DNA from: Fistulifera solaris
Taxonomy: Eukaryota
Length of the DNA: 64,000 bases
Reading direction: 5' to 3'
NCBI GenBank assembly: GCA_030295235.1
Contig: AP026139.1
Coordinates: 124,001-188,000, forward strand
The notes under the pieces were generated by a model that worked only from the letters and a program-made list of their open reading frames with translations, was not told where the DNA came from and searched no databases. This document shows, piece by piece, positions 11,637 to 24,726 of this stretch (its first letter is position 1; each line of letters starts with the position of its first letter). The translations under genes were made by a program, and so were the position numbers.

Positions 11637-12167
11637 CAAGCCAAAATGTCGAGCAAACAATTTTGGAATCAACATTCACTGTCGTAATTCAAAGCATACG
11701 AAATCTACCAGTTACAGCAAAGCTTTCGTCGTCATTGATTGTCGCTGTTTATCATATAGGATTGAATGGATTGCACTCGTCGCCCATCGTTCGATTTCTG
11801 TAGAAGTGTGGACTGGAGTCTTGCTTTCTTGTGACTGAACAAAATTCAGTCCCGGAAAATGTCGAATAGACCATAATTGCAATCAAGTCGCTATTTATTC
11901 TTCTACGCATCTTTATTGACCGAAAAAAGGTATACAATGCAATAATTTGTTATGTTTTGGTTACAACGATCCGCTATGCGACCGAGGAAAAGGTAAGCGG
12001 CTAAACAATCAGAAACTGGAGCTCAAATAGGAATGGAATGCCTGAAGACATATCCTCTTTCAAACTCCTTCCATCCGCAGTACAAATCTCGAGCGAGGAA
12101 TGTGTAGATCAAGTTGCTGTGACGTTTAGCCTCAGTTTCAAAGCCTTTCTCGGTGAGTTAGCTCGCA

Positions 12168-12257
12168 AATCCTGCCGGATCGTTCATTCCAATGTAGTAT
12201 AAACTCAAAGTGTACTTAAAGTTTCACCATGACTCGATTTCCTGAGTAAGTCATGAA
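12168..12257 (-). repeat. Dispersed intergenic repeat, copy B (7-bp insertion in the hairpin)
   Basis: ATCCTGCCGGATCGTT…TATAAACTCAAAGTGT…TGACTCGATTTC[CTGAGTA]AGTCATGAA aligns with the reverse complement of 32921-33004. Confidence 0.65.
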
Positions 12258-12487
12258 CGGTGTCGGTTGCGCGCCCAAATGCCAAGGAAGTTTCACTACG
12301 TTCAAAAGGTACTGATTCCTACGTGGGATAGGTTCGGGCCAGCATTTTTGCTGCCGACCTGGTCGCTTCTTTCTTGCGCTGCTGTCGCACTCACATTGCG
12401 TTGCTTTGTGCTATCTCTTCCTTTTGACGTTTGTTGGTTGGTTTGTTTGTTTTCTTTCTTGGTGCTTTCCAAACAAGAGTCATTATC

Positions 12488-13715
12488 ATGACTGCCGTTG
12501 CTCAGAATTACGAAACCGCCATGACCGAGACGGAACAGGGTGACATGATGGAGGTACGTGAAGAGCGCAGTTGCTGCGTGTCGAGCAATGCGTTTCTATT
12601 GACTAGTCCTCTCACTCCTCATTCTTGTGCATATTTCAGATTGCCGTCGCGTATCAGACACTCGACGCCTTGCAAGAACACGGCATTGCGGCCGGTGATA
12701 TTGCCAAATTGCAAGCGGCAGGGTATCATACCGTCGAAAGTATTGCGCACGCAACGGTCCGTAAACTCACCGAAGTCAAGGGGATTTCCGAGGCCAAAGT
12801 CATGAAACTCAAGGAATTGACGAAGTCGATGGTCCCCATGGACTTTAAGACGGCCGCAGATGCTTTGGAAGATCGAAAGTACGTATCAAACTGCATTGCT
12901 ATTACTTACGGAATACGACGAGCGGGATTGACAGCGAGTTTACTCATTTGGTCATGTTTTTATTCTCTTTTCTACTTTCTCACAAAAGGTCTTTAGTGAC
13001 GCTCACCACGGGATCGGTCGAACTCGATAAGCTTTTGGAAGGAGGCATCGAAACAGGTTCTATAACAGAAGTCTTTGGAGAGTTCCGTACGGGAAAGACG
13101 CAACTGTGTCACACTCTTTGTATTACTTGTCAGATGGCGATTACTGATGGCGGAGCCGAAGGCAAGGCAATCTACATTGATACCGAGGGAACCTTTCGAC
13201 CCGCGCGTTTGCAAGCTATTGCCGAACGATTCGGTTTGGATCCGGCGGTCGCTTTGGAGAATGTCGCCTACGCTCGTGCGCACAACTCGGAACATCAGAT
13301 GGAACTATTAAAGATGGCAGCGGCTATCATGTCACAGGATCGCTACGCTCTGTTGGTCGTCGACAGTGCCACAGCTCTCTATCGGACGGATTATACCGGT
13401 CGCGGTGAGCTGAGCGAGCGTCAAATGCAAATGGCGCAGTTCCTTCGTCAGCTCACTCGCTTGGCGGAAGAATTTGGTGTAGCGGTCTTTATTACCAATC
13501 AAGTTGTTGCTTCTCCCGATGCCATGTCGTTTGCCAAAGACTCCACGAAGCCGATTGGTGGAAACATTATGGCGCACGCGAGTACGACGCGTTTGCGTTT
13601 GCGCAAAGGTCGGGGTGACAACCGCATTTGCACTGTGTTTGATAGTCCCACCTTGCCCGAAGCCGACTGTCAGTTCGCTGTGGGAGCACAGGGTGTCTGC
13701 GATGCGACGGATTAG
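12488..13715 (+). CDS. RAD51: RAD51 recombinase, 3 exons
   Basis: HhH motif KGISEAK, Walker [47 protein letters not shown]; introns 12554-12639 and 12879-12988. Confidence 0.97.
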
Positions 13716-14252
13716 AGCCCGAGCATTCTAGGAGATATTGATGTTGCCGGCAGTTGGTAGTCCATTCGCTGTGGGGCACTACATGCTTGCGATGCGACAG
13801 ATATCAGCTCGATTACAAGTAACTTGGGAGATTGTATCTCGCTTTGTTTGATTTAGTAGCTTTTCATAACAATATTATTGATTGTTCATCATTTGGAAAA
13901 TTGCACGTGTCGTTGACATAGTACCTGGTATCTAGTCGTGAGTGTAAGACCCGTGTCGGTCGTCCTCCTAAATAATTCAATCGTTTGTAATTGTCGGAAA
14001 GGGAACGAATTCTACAGTGTGTAGATTCTGGATCAGAGAAATTACCTGGTACGCCCCAACCGTTTTTTTTATGACGGTCGCGACGACGACATTCTGCTGG
14101 AATGGATGGCCGCTTGGTTGCATGAATAATCAATCGACGCTAAACATTTCTGTCAAAACGTGAGAAGAAAAGCCAAACAGACTAGTTTTACGAGGCTGAA
14201 TAGTAAAAGTTCACCATAAATGATAAATGGGAGCAATTATCGACATGAAATA

Positions 14253-16936
14253 ATGAAGATTCTTTCTCTCCTTGCCGTTTTATTCTTCGCCGTGTCACCG
14301 GTCGCGCTGGGAAGCCCGCTATCGGAAGACATTCACAGCAACGTGTCGACGTACCAATTCAGTGCTTCCTATGATATGCTCACCCCACAAAGCGGGAGGA
14401 AACTTCAAACTGAACCGGACGATACGTTTGCCGGCGAAGACATGGTGGTAATGGTATCCTTCGAAGACATTTGTACGTTCTACGTTACGTTATATTGTGT
14501 TCTTTGCCTATTTCCTGCTGTAGTCGCGTCTCACCATTTATTTAACAACAGACAAAGTCATCTTATTCATGGCGGTTGCCTGGCTCTTGGGCTCATTGTC
14601 GGCATTTGCGGGCCTCCCGAGCCTGGTAGGGGAAATTGTGGCTGGTTTCTTGTTGGGACCTCCTCTCGCGGATTTCGTGCCGTATCCGGGCGCCCTTGTA
14701 TTGTTGGGAAACATTGGATTAATCGGCTTGCTTTTGGAAAGCGGAATATCGTTAGACTTGCCGCAATTGAAGATCAATGGTCATCGAGCCCTTCTAATGG
14801 CGACGGCAGGGGCCGTGATACCGTTGGCTGTTGGTTTCAGTGTGGGTCGCTGGATTGGTCAGGACGTGCCTTCGGCGATTGCGGCGGGAGCGTGCTTTGC
14901 TTCGACGTCCTTGGGAGTGGCGTCGAACGCGTTGAATACGGGAGATGTCATCAATACACCACTCGGGCAATTGATTGTCACGAGCAGTGTCCTCGATGAT
15001 GTTTATGGTTTGATAATGCTAAGTCTCTTGCAGGTGATTGGAGATCCCGACTCCCAGGCCTTTGACTATGTGCTCCCTTTCTTATCATCTTTTGGATGTC
15101 TTTTTTGTGTTGGGTGCCTTGGGTCTTACAATTTTCCCCCGCATCATCGAAGAAAAGATTCTTCCCATGGCACCCGAGGGTGTTCGTGATCAAGCTGCGA
15201 TGGTTCTGCTGCTATTGTTCGTGACGGCCTACATGCTCCTTCTGAACGAGTCGAAGGCGAGTTATTTGACGGGGGTGTTCTTGGCCGGTCTAACGTTTTG
15301 CAAGATTCGCAGCGTGCATGCTTTTTTTGTCAACTATGCTCGGCCAATTCACGTATGGCTTTTGCGAGTGTTCTTTTCTGCAACAATTGGCTTTCAAGTT
15401 CCCATTACTCAGTTTCATGAGTCTTATGTGCTCAAGTGGGGATTTGCGTTTCGTAAGTGGCATGCTTCTCTTGTGAACTGCATTACCAGTTCTTGTGGAT
15501 AAGCTTCTTCGTAACTCACTTTAGTTGATTTCCATACTTCTAGTATTTGCTACTTTCGCCAAGGTTCCCATTGGGCTCATGGTTCCTCGAAACAAGAAGC
15601 GCGAGATCCCGACCGACTTCCCGTACAATCCATATTTCAGAGATGTAATCGTAACATCGCTTTCCATGGCTTGCAGAGGAGAATTCAATGTGATTGTTGC
15701 AGCTTATGCGTTGAGCGAAGGACTGTTTGTGCCCGAGATCTATTCTGCGGTGATGTTTGCAATTATGTTCGGATGTATTATAGCACCTCTTGTGCTCACT
15801 AGGGTGCTGAAGTACTACAACAAACTATCGGCGGGATATCTGAAAGGCAAGCATCGCATCGAACGAATTGGCAACACTGATGACGGCTACCGTCCTCTCT
15901 TTTTGGCGATCCAATCTCGTACTCCCGTTCACTGGAACTTACACGAAAGCTTCCAGAATGTGTTGGAAGAAATGGGTTTGGTTATTATCGATCATCGATC
16001 GTGGCACACGTTGGATCGCACGGAGCAAAGCGCAGTTGACATTACTGAACTGTTTGTACAAGACACAAAAATGAAGGTTCGAATAAAGCATTGCTTTGGA
16101 AAGTCAACCGATAGTGATCGCCTCGAGAATGGTACATCAGTGCGGAGCGTCCAGTCAGGTGGCGTTGCGGACGAGCTTAAGACAGAAACTTCTTCTATCG
16201 AAGGTCTTGGTGAAGAAAGAGACATTGAAGTTCGCTGTGTGCAAATCAAAGACGGTAAGTATGTGATTTTGGAAGTACCTATTGTCTCATTTCTCTGTTT
16301 TTTAACATATCCGGGATGTATTGGTTATGAGCAGCTTTGTCCCAAATTTTCAAAGAATACAGTCCCGACGACTACGCAATTCAAGTCTCTCAATGGATGG
16401 CGTTTGTTGTCGACAGCACAGGTATCAACTCAGAGAGAAATGTATCAAATCGAGATCGATTTTACTCCTTCCAAGTCAATCAAGCGTTCGACGAAAACTC
16501 CGGGGAGGGAGCAGGTGATCTTACAATTGATGCGAAAAACGCTCAAGTAGGTTCCACGGCCACCTCGAAAAACCCACGTCAACCGACTCTTCGTAGAAGC
16601 TCAACCGTTGGTAGTAATGGAGCTCAACACGCTTTAGAGAACAGACCTGCTCTCACTGCGAACGATTTGTGGGAATTTGATGATGGATGTTTCAACGCCG
16701 CAATGGAAGGCGACTTTCTTGTCCCTGTTTGCGATGGAACTGGTGATCGTAAACTTGTCGAAGGTCTGCGACAGTCTATAGGAGGCGATACCCCCAGACA
16801 ACATCGACGATCTGTTACGTTTGATGCGAGTCAGCTTGTTGTGGAAGAAATCGATAGAGAAAAAGAGGTCTTCAATGAACGTCTGCACGGGTATGTCCGA
16901 CAGACTTCACTGCAATCACCTCTGCCCGGGGCTTAA
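14253..16936 (+). CDS. Cation/H+ antiporter (CPA2/KefB-like), tandem copy 1
   Basis: Signal peptide, LPSLVGEIVAGFLLGP, FASTSLG, SVLDD, CRGEF; three GT-AG introns; extra T in the run at 15101-15106 relative to copy 2. Confidence 0.88.
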
Positions 16937-17456
16937 TGTACTCTTGTAGCAAATCCAAAGCATGCTTAAGCGCAATACCGCCAACTTGTTTCACAAGTTT
17001 CTGCAGCGAATAGATAACAGGTGACCTCGTCCTTGCAGCCTGTATTAAACTAGGAAGAGATCTTTATCTCGTTGCTAAGCCTTCTTCGTTTACTTCCTTT
17101 GCTTGGCAATCAAAACCTTCTATATTCATTTCATCGAATGTTACTCCACTCCAGTTATCATACCAGGTACTGTGCTAGTAAAATCTCTAAAGTGTAACGC
17201 CAGAGGCAGAGTTAAGGTCAAGGTGAAATCTACCATCGTCGGTCCGCTGTCCCGCCTACCAGTACTCTTTACTAGGAGGGTAAGTACCGTGTGATCGCAT
17301 CCGTTATCTTCGCGGTTAACTCCGTCAATCGAGTGCGAAGTTGTCGAAATTCGAAGTCGATCCAAACATTTTACGAGGTCCCATCCATCGCAAAAGTTAT
17401 TCCTCCAAATTCTTGACCATTTAGAATGGATCCATTCTAATTGAAACACTACAATT

Positions 17457-20244
17457 ATGAAGATTCTTTCTATCTTCTCTTTATTACTGATCGTCCTTTC
17501 TTTGAGCAAATCATGGAGCGAGCCGCCGCTGGACGAGAGAACGGAAAATGAGGACGCTCACAGAATTCTTTCGTTCCACAACTTTTGGATTTCTTGGGAG
17601 AAACTAACGTTTCAGGATACATTAATCGCGCAAACGGACGGAGGAAATGAGTCTGCACAAAAGAGAGACTTGCTAACCGAGACCAATGAGAGCTTTGCTG
17701 GCGAAGACATGATTGTGATGGTTTCTTTTGACGAAATTAGTAAGTTACACGATAAACTTCTTGAGATCGTTTGCGTTTACCAGTCAATCTTTGCTCACCT
17801 GTAGCAAAATCTTATTCTTCTGTACAGACAAAGTCATCATATTTATGGCGGTTGCCTGGCTCTTGGGCTCACTCTCGGCTTTTGCGGGTCTACCGAGCTT
17901 GGTGGGGGAAATTGTGGCGGGGTTCTTGCTAGGGCCTCCTCTCGCAGATTTCGTGCCTTATCCGGGCGCCCTTGTGTTAATGGGAAACATCGGATTGATC
18001 GGCTTGCTTTTGGAAAGCGGAATATCGTTAGACTTGCCGCAATTGAAGATCAATGGTCATCGAGCCCTTCTAATGGCGACGGCAGGGGCCGTGATACCGT
18101 TGGCTGTTGGTTTCAGTGTGGGTCGCTGGATTGGTCAGGACGTGCCTTCGGCGATTGCGGCGGGAGCGTGCTTTGCTTCGACGTCCTTGGGAGTGGCGTC
18201 GAACGCGTTAAATACCGGAGATGTTATCAACACACCCCTTGGGCAGTTGATTGTCACGAGCAGTGTCCTTGATGACATGTACGGGTTGATCATGCTCAGT
18301 CTTTTGCAAGTCATTGGAGATCCCGACTCGCAGGCTTTTGACTATGTGCTGCCGTTCTTGTCCTCCTTTGTATGCCTTATTGGCCTGGGAGCGTTGGGTC
18401 TTACAATTTTCCCCCGCATCATTGAAGAAAAGATTCTACCTCTGGCACCCGAGGGTGTTCGTGATCACGTTGCGATGGTTTTGGTGCTATTGTTCGTGAC
18501 GGCCTACATGCTCCTTTTGAACGAGTCGAAGGCGAGTTATTTGACGGGAGTGTTCTTGGCCGGTCTAACGTTCTGTAAGATTCGCAGCGTGCATGCTTTC
18601 TTTGTCAACTATGCTCGGCCAATTCACGTATGGCTTTTGCGAGTGTTCTTTTCTGCAACAATTGGCTTTCAAGTTCCCATTACTCAGTTTCATAAACCAT
18701 ACGTGCTCAAGTGGGGATTTGCGTTTGGTAAGTGGCATTCTCGGCCTTCGGCTAGTTGCTGTCTCCGCTATCTTCGTTTGCAGCAAACCTCACTGTTGTT
18801 TGTTCGTTTTTTCAACGATCTCAGTGTTCGCCACCTTCGCTAAGGTTCCTATTGGTCTTATGGCACCTCGACATAAAAGCCGCGAGATTCCGAAAGACTT
18901 TCCGTACAATCCATATGTCAGAGATGTGATTGTAACGTCGCTTTCCATGGCTTGTAGAGGAGAATTCAATGTAATTGTTGCAGCTTATGCGTTGAGCGAG
19001 GGACTATTTGTGCCGGAGATCTATTCGGCAGTGATGTTCGCTATCATGTTCGGATGCATTATAGCACCTCTTGTACTCACAAGGGTGCTGAAGTACTACA
19101 ACAAACTATCGGCGGGTTTTCTGCAAGGCAAGCATCGCATCGAACGAATCGGCAACACTACTGACGGCTACCGTCCTCTCTTTTTGGCGATCCAATCTCG
19201 TACTCCTGCACACTGGAACTTACACGAAAGCTTCCAGAATGTGTTGGAAGAAATGGGTTTGGTTATTATCGATCATCGATCGTGGCACACGTTGGACCGC
19301 ACGGAACAAAGCGCCGTTGATGTCACGGAGATGTTCGTGCAAGATACAAAGATGAAGGTTCGGATAAAGCACGTCTTTGGAAAGGGGACCGACAGTGAGC
19401 GCCTCGAGAGTGGGACCGCAGTGCAGAGTATTCAACCAAGCGATGCTAACCAGAATTCCGTGCGAAGTGTCTATTCAAGTGCTGCTACACAGCCTTCATC
19501 TAGCACGGAACTTCCATCTGTTGAAGACCTTTGCGAAGAAAAGGATATCGAGGCACGTTGTCTTGAAATCAAACGAGGTAAGGAAGATGTCAGGATACTG
19601 GGTTTTTCTATTTCTCTCTCTCAACGCTCTCTTGTATTTCTTCTATAGCGTTGTCCCTCATTTTCAAAGATTACAATCCCAACGAGTATGCAATCCAAGT
19701 TTCGCAGTGGATGGCATTTGTTGTTGACAGCACTGGTCCGAACTCGGAGAGAAGTGGTTACACCGAAGGGTTGAGCAACACTTCATTCCGTGATCGATTC
19801 TATACGTTTCAATTCCATCCGGATGAAGGGCAAAAATCGGGTGTTGCGGAGGATACCATGGCCACGGCTGGTTCCTTGGATGTCCCACGTGCTACGCAGT
19901 CCACGGATAGTGCAGTAGTTCCTTCGCACTCTAGCGAGAATAGACCTGCTCTTGCTTCGAACGACTTGTGGGAAATCGATGATGGTTGCTTTAACGCCGC
20001 AATGGAAGGCGACTACCTTGTCCCTGTTTGCGATGGAACTGGTGATCGAGTGCTTGTCGAAGGTCGTAAGCCTCCTGTGGATAATAACACTGGTAGAACG
20101 GATGTCGGACGGCATCGACGTGCATCGAGTTTTGATGCCAATCAACTGGCTACTGAGGATTTGGAGAGAGAAAAGGAGGTTTTCAATGAACGCCTCCACG
20201 GTTACGTCAGGCAGTCTTCGATTCAGTCGCCTCCGCCAAATTAG
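17457..20244 (+). CDS. Cation/H+ antiporter (CPA2/KefB-like), tandem copy 2
   Basis: Same motifs and intron positions as copy 1; shared C-terminus EKEVFNERLHGYVRQ. Confidence 0.9.
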
Positions 20245-21797
20245 CTTTTAGGTTTCTCGTAACATATTTAATTAATTTCATTGTGATTGTTGTATTAGTA
20301 TGGTATTATTGCGCTATTACTCCGTATTGTTAACGCTCCTTCCCGTCTGTTTTTTTGTGGATGTTCAAGTGGACGCAATGAACGAGGAGAGGACGACATA
20401 TCATTCGTGACCGATGAAAGACTTAATCCCGGACCGAGCCCCTAGCATTGGCTCAACGCCCCTAGGTCGCACTGCTCACGACTTCCTTTATAAAAGGTGA
20501 ATCGGACATTAAAAATCACGTAATTCCATTTATTGTATTTTGTATTGCTTGCTTCACATTCTTAGCATCCTTTCTTTGAACCAAGACTGGGTTGCTATGT
20601 TAGCTTTAAGATTATAGAACTTTGTTACCCTAAAGATACATTGAATGCTCCCAAATCTTCGAGCTCCTTAGCAGATGCTGATAGCAACATCACAGCGGAA
20701 CATTCGGAAGTAGAAATGCCCGCTTCGGAATGGGGGTCAAAACGTCGCCGACTCGTGCTGGAACATTGGTCGTCACCGTTAGCAAAAGAAAGATGGATCA
20801 TTATTCACACTGAGTGCAAGATGTAGATCGCTTTGAAGCAAAGCTTGAATCATCATGATTGAAGGAACGCTTTTTTTGCTACGATTGCATTCTTGTCCTA
20901 CGTCCTACATCGAGGTATCAGTCTCTCATGAAAAGTGAATGACGTGGAAATACTCTCAAAAATCTTGCATCTTGCATACTGGTAATGTGTCTTGCTTGTC
21001 AGTCATCCTGTCTTGAGGTCGAATGTCGAATGTCGTCAAGAGTCTGACTCCGCACGAATGGGTGTCGTACTTCCCCACTTCTCCGCAAATTATCTTGGTA
21101 CAAGTAACGACAATTTCCTAGGTACCGGTACCGGTACCAAGTACCAATAACAAAGAAGATTCAGAAGTGGAGTAACGTTCGGACTCAGGACATTAAAGAA
21201 AACAGAAGGGTGTCCCTTGTCCCTTGTCCATTCTTCATTTTTCATCATTTATCATTTACATATCATATATCATGTCATGGCTTCCTCAAGTCTCAAGTCT
21301 CAAGTCTAGTAGCTACAAGTAGATGTCAGTTGAAAGTTGAAAGGGGATGACGGAATAAGGAACTTCGATGACAACGTAGTACAATGTACTTTTTTCTGTC
21401 TATACTCAATAAAAATTGATGGCTGAAATTTGAAACTGACAAAAACTTGGAGCACAATCACAACTCACGCAAAAAGTCTAGGAAGGAGGCTCCTTGCTCT
21501 CTAGTACATCATTGTACAAATCGGTACGGCGCGCCACATAATAGTTGTGACTATGCTCTACTAAAATCTATCAGATTTTGTTTTTTCACGATCAAACCCA
21601 CACCACCGAAAGCAACATAGGCCCTCTCGCCCGATGTTGCGTTTTTGTTCTTGTGTGATTATGGTGTGACTCCACGCATTAAATAATGATGAAAGACAAA
21701 ATGGCAATCAACAACAATATCATCAACAACAAGCAAGCAAGCAAGCAAGCAACAACTCACAATACCATTAGAAAACTAGAACTCATAAAATGCAATC

Positions 21798-23033
21798 ATG
21801 GGTTTCGTAGCAGTTAAACAAGCTCCTGACCCGAGTCAATTCGAGAAGCATGAACCGACGTCGAACTCGCAAACGTCCATGAGCGCCACCCTCGAGCTCA
21901 GCAAATTGGACTATCGACTCGATGGAAAGACCGCTAAACAATTGGTACGCCACATGGAAAAGACATTGGGAGTCAGTCGTAATAGCCAAGATCCTTCGGT
22001 AGCATCTTCGTCTCGAACGCTCAAACGGCCCAGTCGCACGCTTTTCTTGACGCGCCAAGAACTCAAAGTTGGAAAGCCCATTGCGCGGGGAGGCTTTGGT
22101 GTGGTCCATCATGTGGAGTCTTCCAAACTTCATCCGGCTCAACAATATGTCGTCAAGACAGTCTATCCTTGCAAATCGTCACGCAACGTTCTACAAGCCA
22201 TCTCGCAATTGTACAAGGAAGAACATTTTCTGTCCCAACTCAAACACAAACACATCATCCGTTTGGAAGGTTGTTCGCACGATGGCTTTCACAGTATCTA
22301 TCACGAAAAACAAATGGATGCCTTCTTTCTGGTGTTACCCTATCTGCCGGAAACACTGACGCAGCGTATTGCCAAGTGGAAGAAACAAAAACAAGATTCA
22401 TCGAAGCGAAGTCCTCTCCGTTTGACGTTAAAACGAAAAAGTGAGTTCGAACTTTACAGAGAAATGTATGCGGAGCGTTTGCAAGTGGCTATTGACATTG
22501 CTTCGGCTATGGAGTATTTGCACGAGAATCGAATCGTCTTTCGTGACCTAAAACGTAAGTTCCTTTGTCTGCGTCTCTTTCTCGTTCTTGTCTTGTCATC
22601 AATCTTATTTCTGTTGGTCGCAGCGGACAACATTGGTTTCGACCAAACGGGATGTATCAAACTCTACGACTTTGGATTGGCGGTGCAGTTGGCACCCGAC
22701 AGTGATTTGGACGACATGTGTGATCATTTGGTCGGCCGGGCCGGGACGCACCGCTACATGGCGGCTGAAGTCTGGTGTGGACAGCGATACAATGTCAAGG
22801 CCGATGTGTTTTCGTTTACGTTGTTGTTGTGGCAAATTTTGACATTGGAGAAACCCTTTGGTACCCTGTGCGAAGGTACGGTGTACGGCGATCGACCCAA
22901 AATTCCCAAAGAGTGGCCCACCGATTTGAAGCGTATTATCAAGCGCGGTTGGTCGACGGATTTGTCGGAACGACCCCATATGAAAGAAATGGTGTACGCA
23001 TTGGAGGATGTAAAACGACGAATGAATCTGTGA
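21798..23033 (+). CDS. Protein kinase (FRDLKPDNIGF type), one 69-bp intron
   Basis: RGGFGVV, VVK, FRDLK|PDNIGF after removing intron 22555-22623, DFGLA, GTHRYMAAE, ADVFSF. Confidence 0.92.
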   Translation: MGFVAVKQAPDPSQFEKHEPTSNSQTSMSATLELSKLDYRLDGKTAKQLVRHMEKTLGVSRNSQDPSVASSSRTLKRPSRTLFLTRQELKVGKPIARGGFGVVHHVESSKLHPAQQYVVKTVYPCKSSRNVLQAISQLYKEEHFLSQLKHKHIIRLEGCSHDGFHSIYHEKQMDAFFLVLPYLPETLTQRIAKWKKQKQDSSKRSPLRLTLKRKSEFELYREMYAERLQVAIDIASAMEYLHENRIVFRDLKRKFLCLRLFLVLVLSSILFLLVAADNIGFDQTGCIKLYDFGLAVQLAPDSDLDDMCDHLVGRAGTHRYMAAEVWCGQRYNVKADVFSFTLLLWQILTLEKPFGTLCEGTVYGDRPKIPKEWPTDLKRIIKRGWSTDLSERPHMKEMVYALEDVKRRMNL

Positions 23034-23139
23034 GTAAAATTGAATGTGGAATCACAAGAAACCAATGTATAGTCTATGCCGTTGTAAAAAAATGCACATT
23101 TGGGATCTGTTTTATGATCGGTGGTTACCTTAAATTGTG

Positions 23140-24094
23140 TTATTTTCGATTGCGACGATAGGGCAGTTCCACTTTGTACATTTCGGGCCACCATTTCCCG
23201 GTAACCCAATATTGATCTTCGGTGCCCGGAACGAGCGCAATGCCGTTCAAGGCCCCCACATTGGAATATTGTTCCGTTAATTTCGTATAAAGGGGACGAA
23301 GATTGTATTGTGCCAATACACGTCCCGTCTCGGGATCGATACGCACAATCCGTTTCGTCCCCAACACATTTGCCAGCAACGTGTCGGAGTTGGGATCGTA
23401 TTCCAATTCGTTCAACAGAGGGACCGCTTGGGGGAACGGAAAAAACTGTCCAACGCGGACGCGTTTGATTTCTCGCAAGGTGGACTTGTCCCATATGTGC
23501 AAGACTCGAGAACCATCACTGACAATGAACGTGATTCTTTCGTACCGTGATTCCCCATCCTTGATTCCTCTTGGTGGAAAAGGAAAACGTCGACACTTGT
23601 GTCAAGGTATCCCGATCATAGATAAATCCCGTTTTTTCTTTCCACGTCAATTGAATGATGCGTGAATTGTTGTTATCATCCGTATAGAATGCAATCCCTT
23701 CTCCGAAGTATTGTTCTGGCAATGTCGCCGATTGTTGTACAATTTGCCCCGTCGTGACATTGATTTTTCGAAGATTGGATTCCCCGTACAAGCCGGTGCC
23801 TTCGTACAAGGTCGTCAAACCATCGGCTGCTGTGACCAAGCCTTGCGTCCAGGCATTTGAATCATGTGGTATTGTTTGTAATACAGTAACCTGATGTCCG
23901 AGGCGTAATAGTAGTGATCGATCTTGTTGCGTTGTTCGAGGAGCCGTCGTCGTCGTTGTGTAATTGGTTGGAACGAAGAATTCGCCGATGATGATGATGT
24001 TGATGATGACGATGTAGAATATCAAGATTACGGCAGTTGTGGCCCTAAAGATGATCTGGGAAATTTTCCGTGGCTGTTGTTCATCTTGTTTCAT
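23140..24094 (-). CDS. Glutaminyl-peptide cyclotransferase (plant/bacterial type II QC), N-terminal TM segment
   Basis: PHDSNAWTQGL, YEGTGLYG, YFGEGI, QLTWK, GWGI, SDGS, LNELEY, ALNGIA, VTGKWW; one +1 break near 23546. Confidence 0.9.
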
Positions 24095-24726
24095 GATGGC
24101 TGGTCCTTCGGACTTAGTTCACTCTTATCATTTAATTTACAAGAGATGAAAGAATGACAATAAACTTCTTCTGCATTCTGCCGAGCCGATGGTTTTTAGG
24201 TTTCGCGGAAAACACGACCGTTTCCATTGTTTGAGCGATCGGACCAGTCATGTCGTTGTGGTACTGGAGGGGCGCGCGCGCTCGCTGTTCATTCCGTCTG
24301 TCCGTCTGCCTGTTTCCGCGTCACAGAGTGATTCACATCCGCCGGCAGTTTCTATGTTCGTGCGACACTCTGAATACCGTTTCGTACATTCTATGGTACA
24401 GTTTCTATTGGATTTCGTTCGGAACTTCCGGAATTTCTAAGGGCCAGCGATGACGTGGCTTGTTATACTACTGCGCGAAGTGGGCTCCTTTTGTACAGTA
24501 TACATCAAAGTAGTGTTTTGTTCGTCCTTCGTGTTTTCCTTCCAAATGCTTCGGCCATCGCGTTTCCCCCTTTTTTTTCATGAAGTGATGCTTTCTCATT
24601 ATGTCTCACAAAAAAACACACACCAGCATCAGGCCACAATTGTTCTAAAAGCGAGACCAGCTTGTTTATATTCTCTCTGTTCTATCTCATCTTTTTATCG
24701 CTTCTACTATCATTTACAAAGATAGA

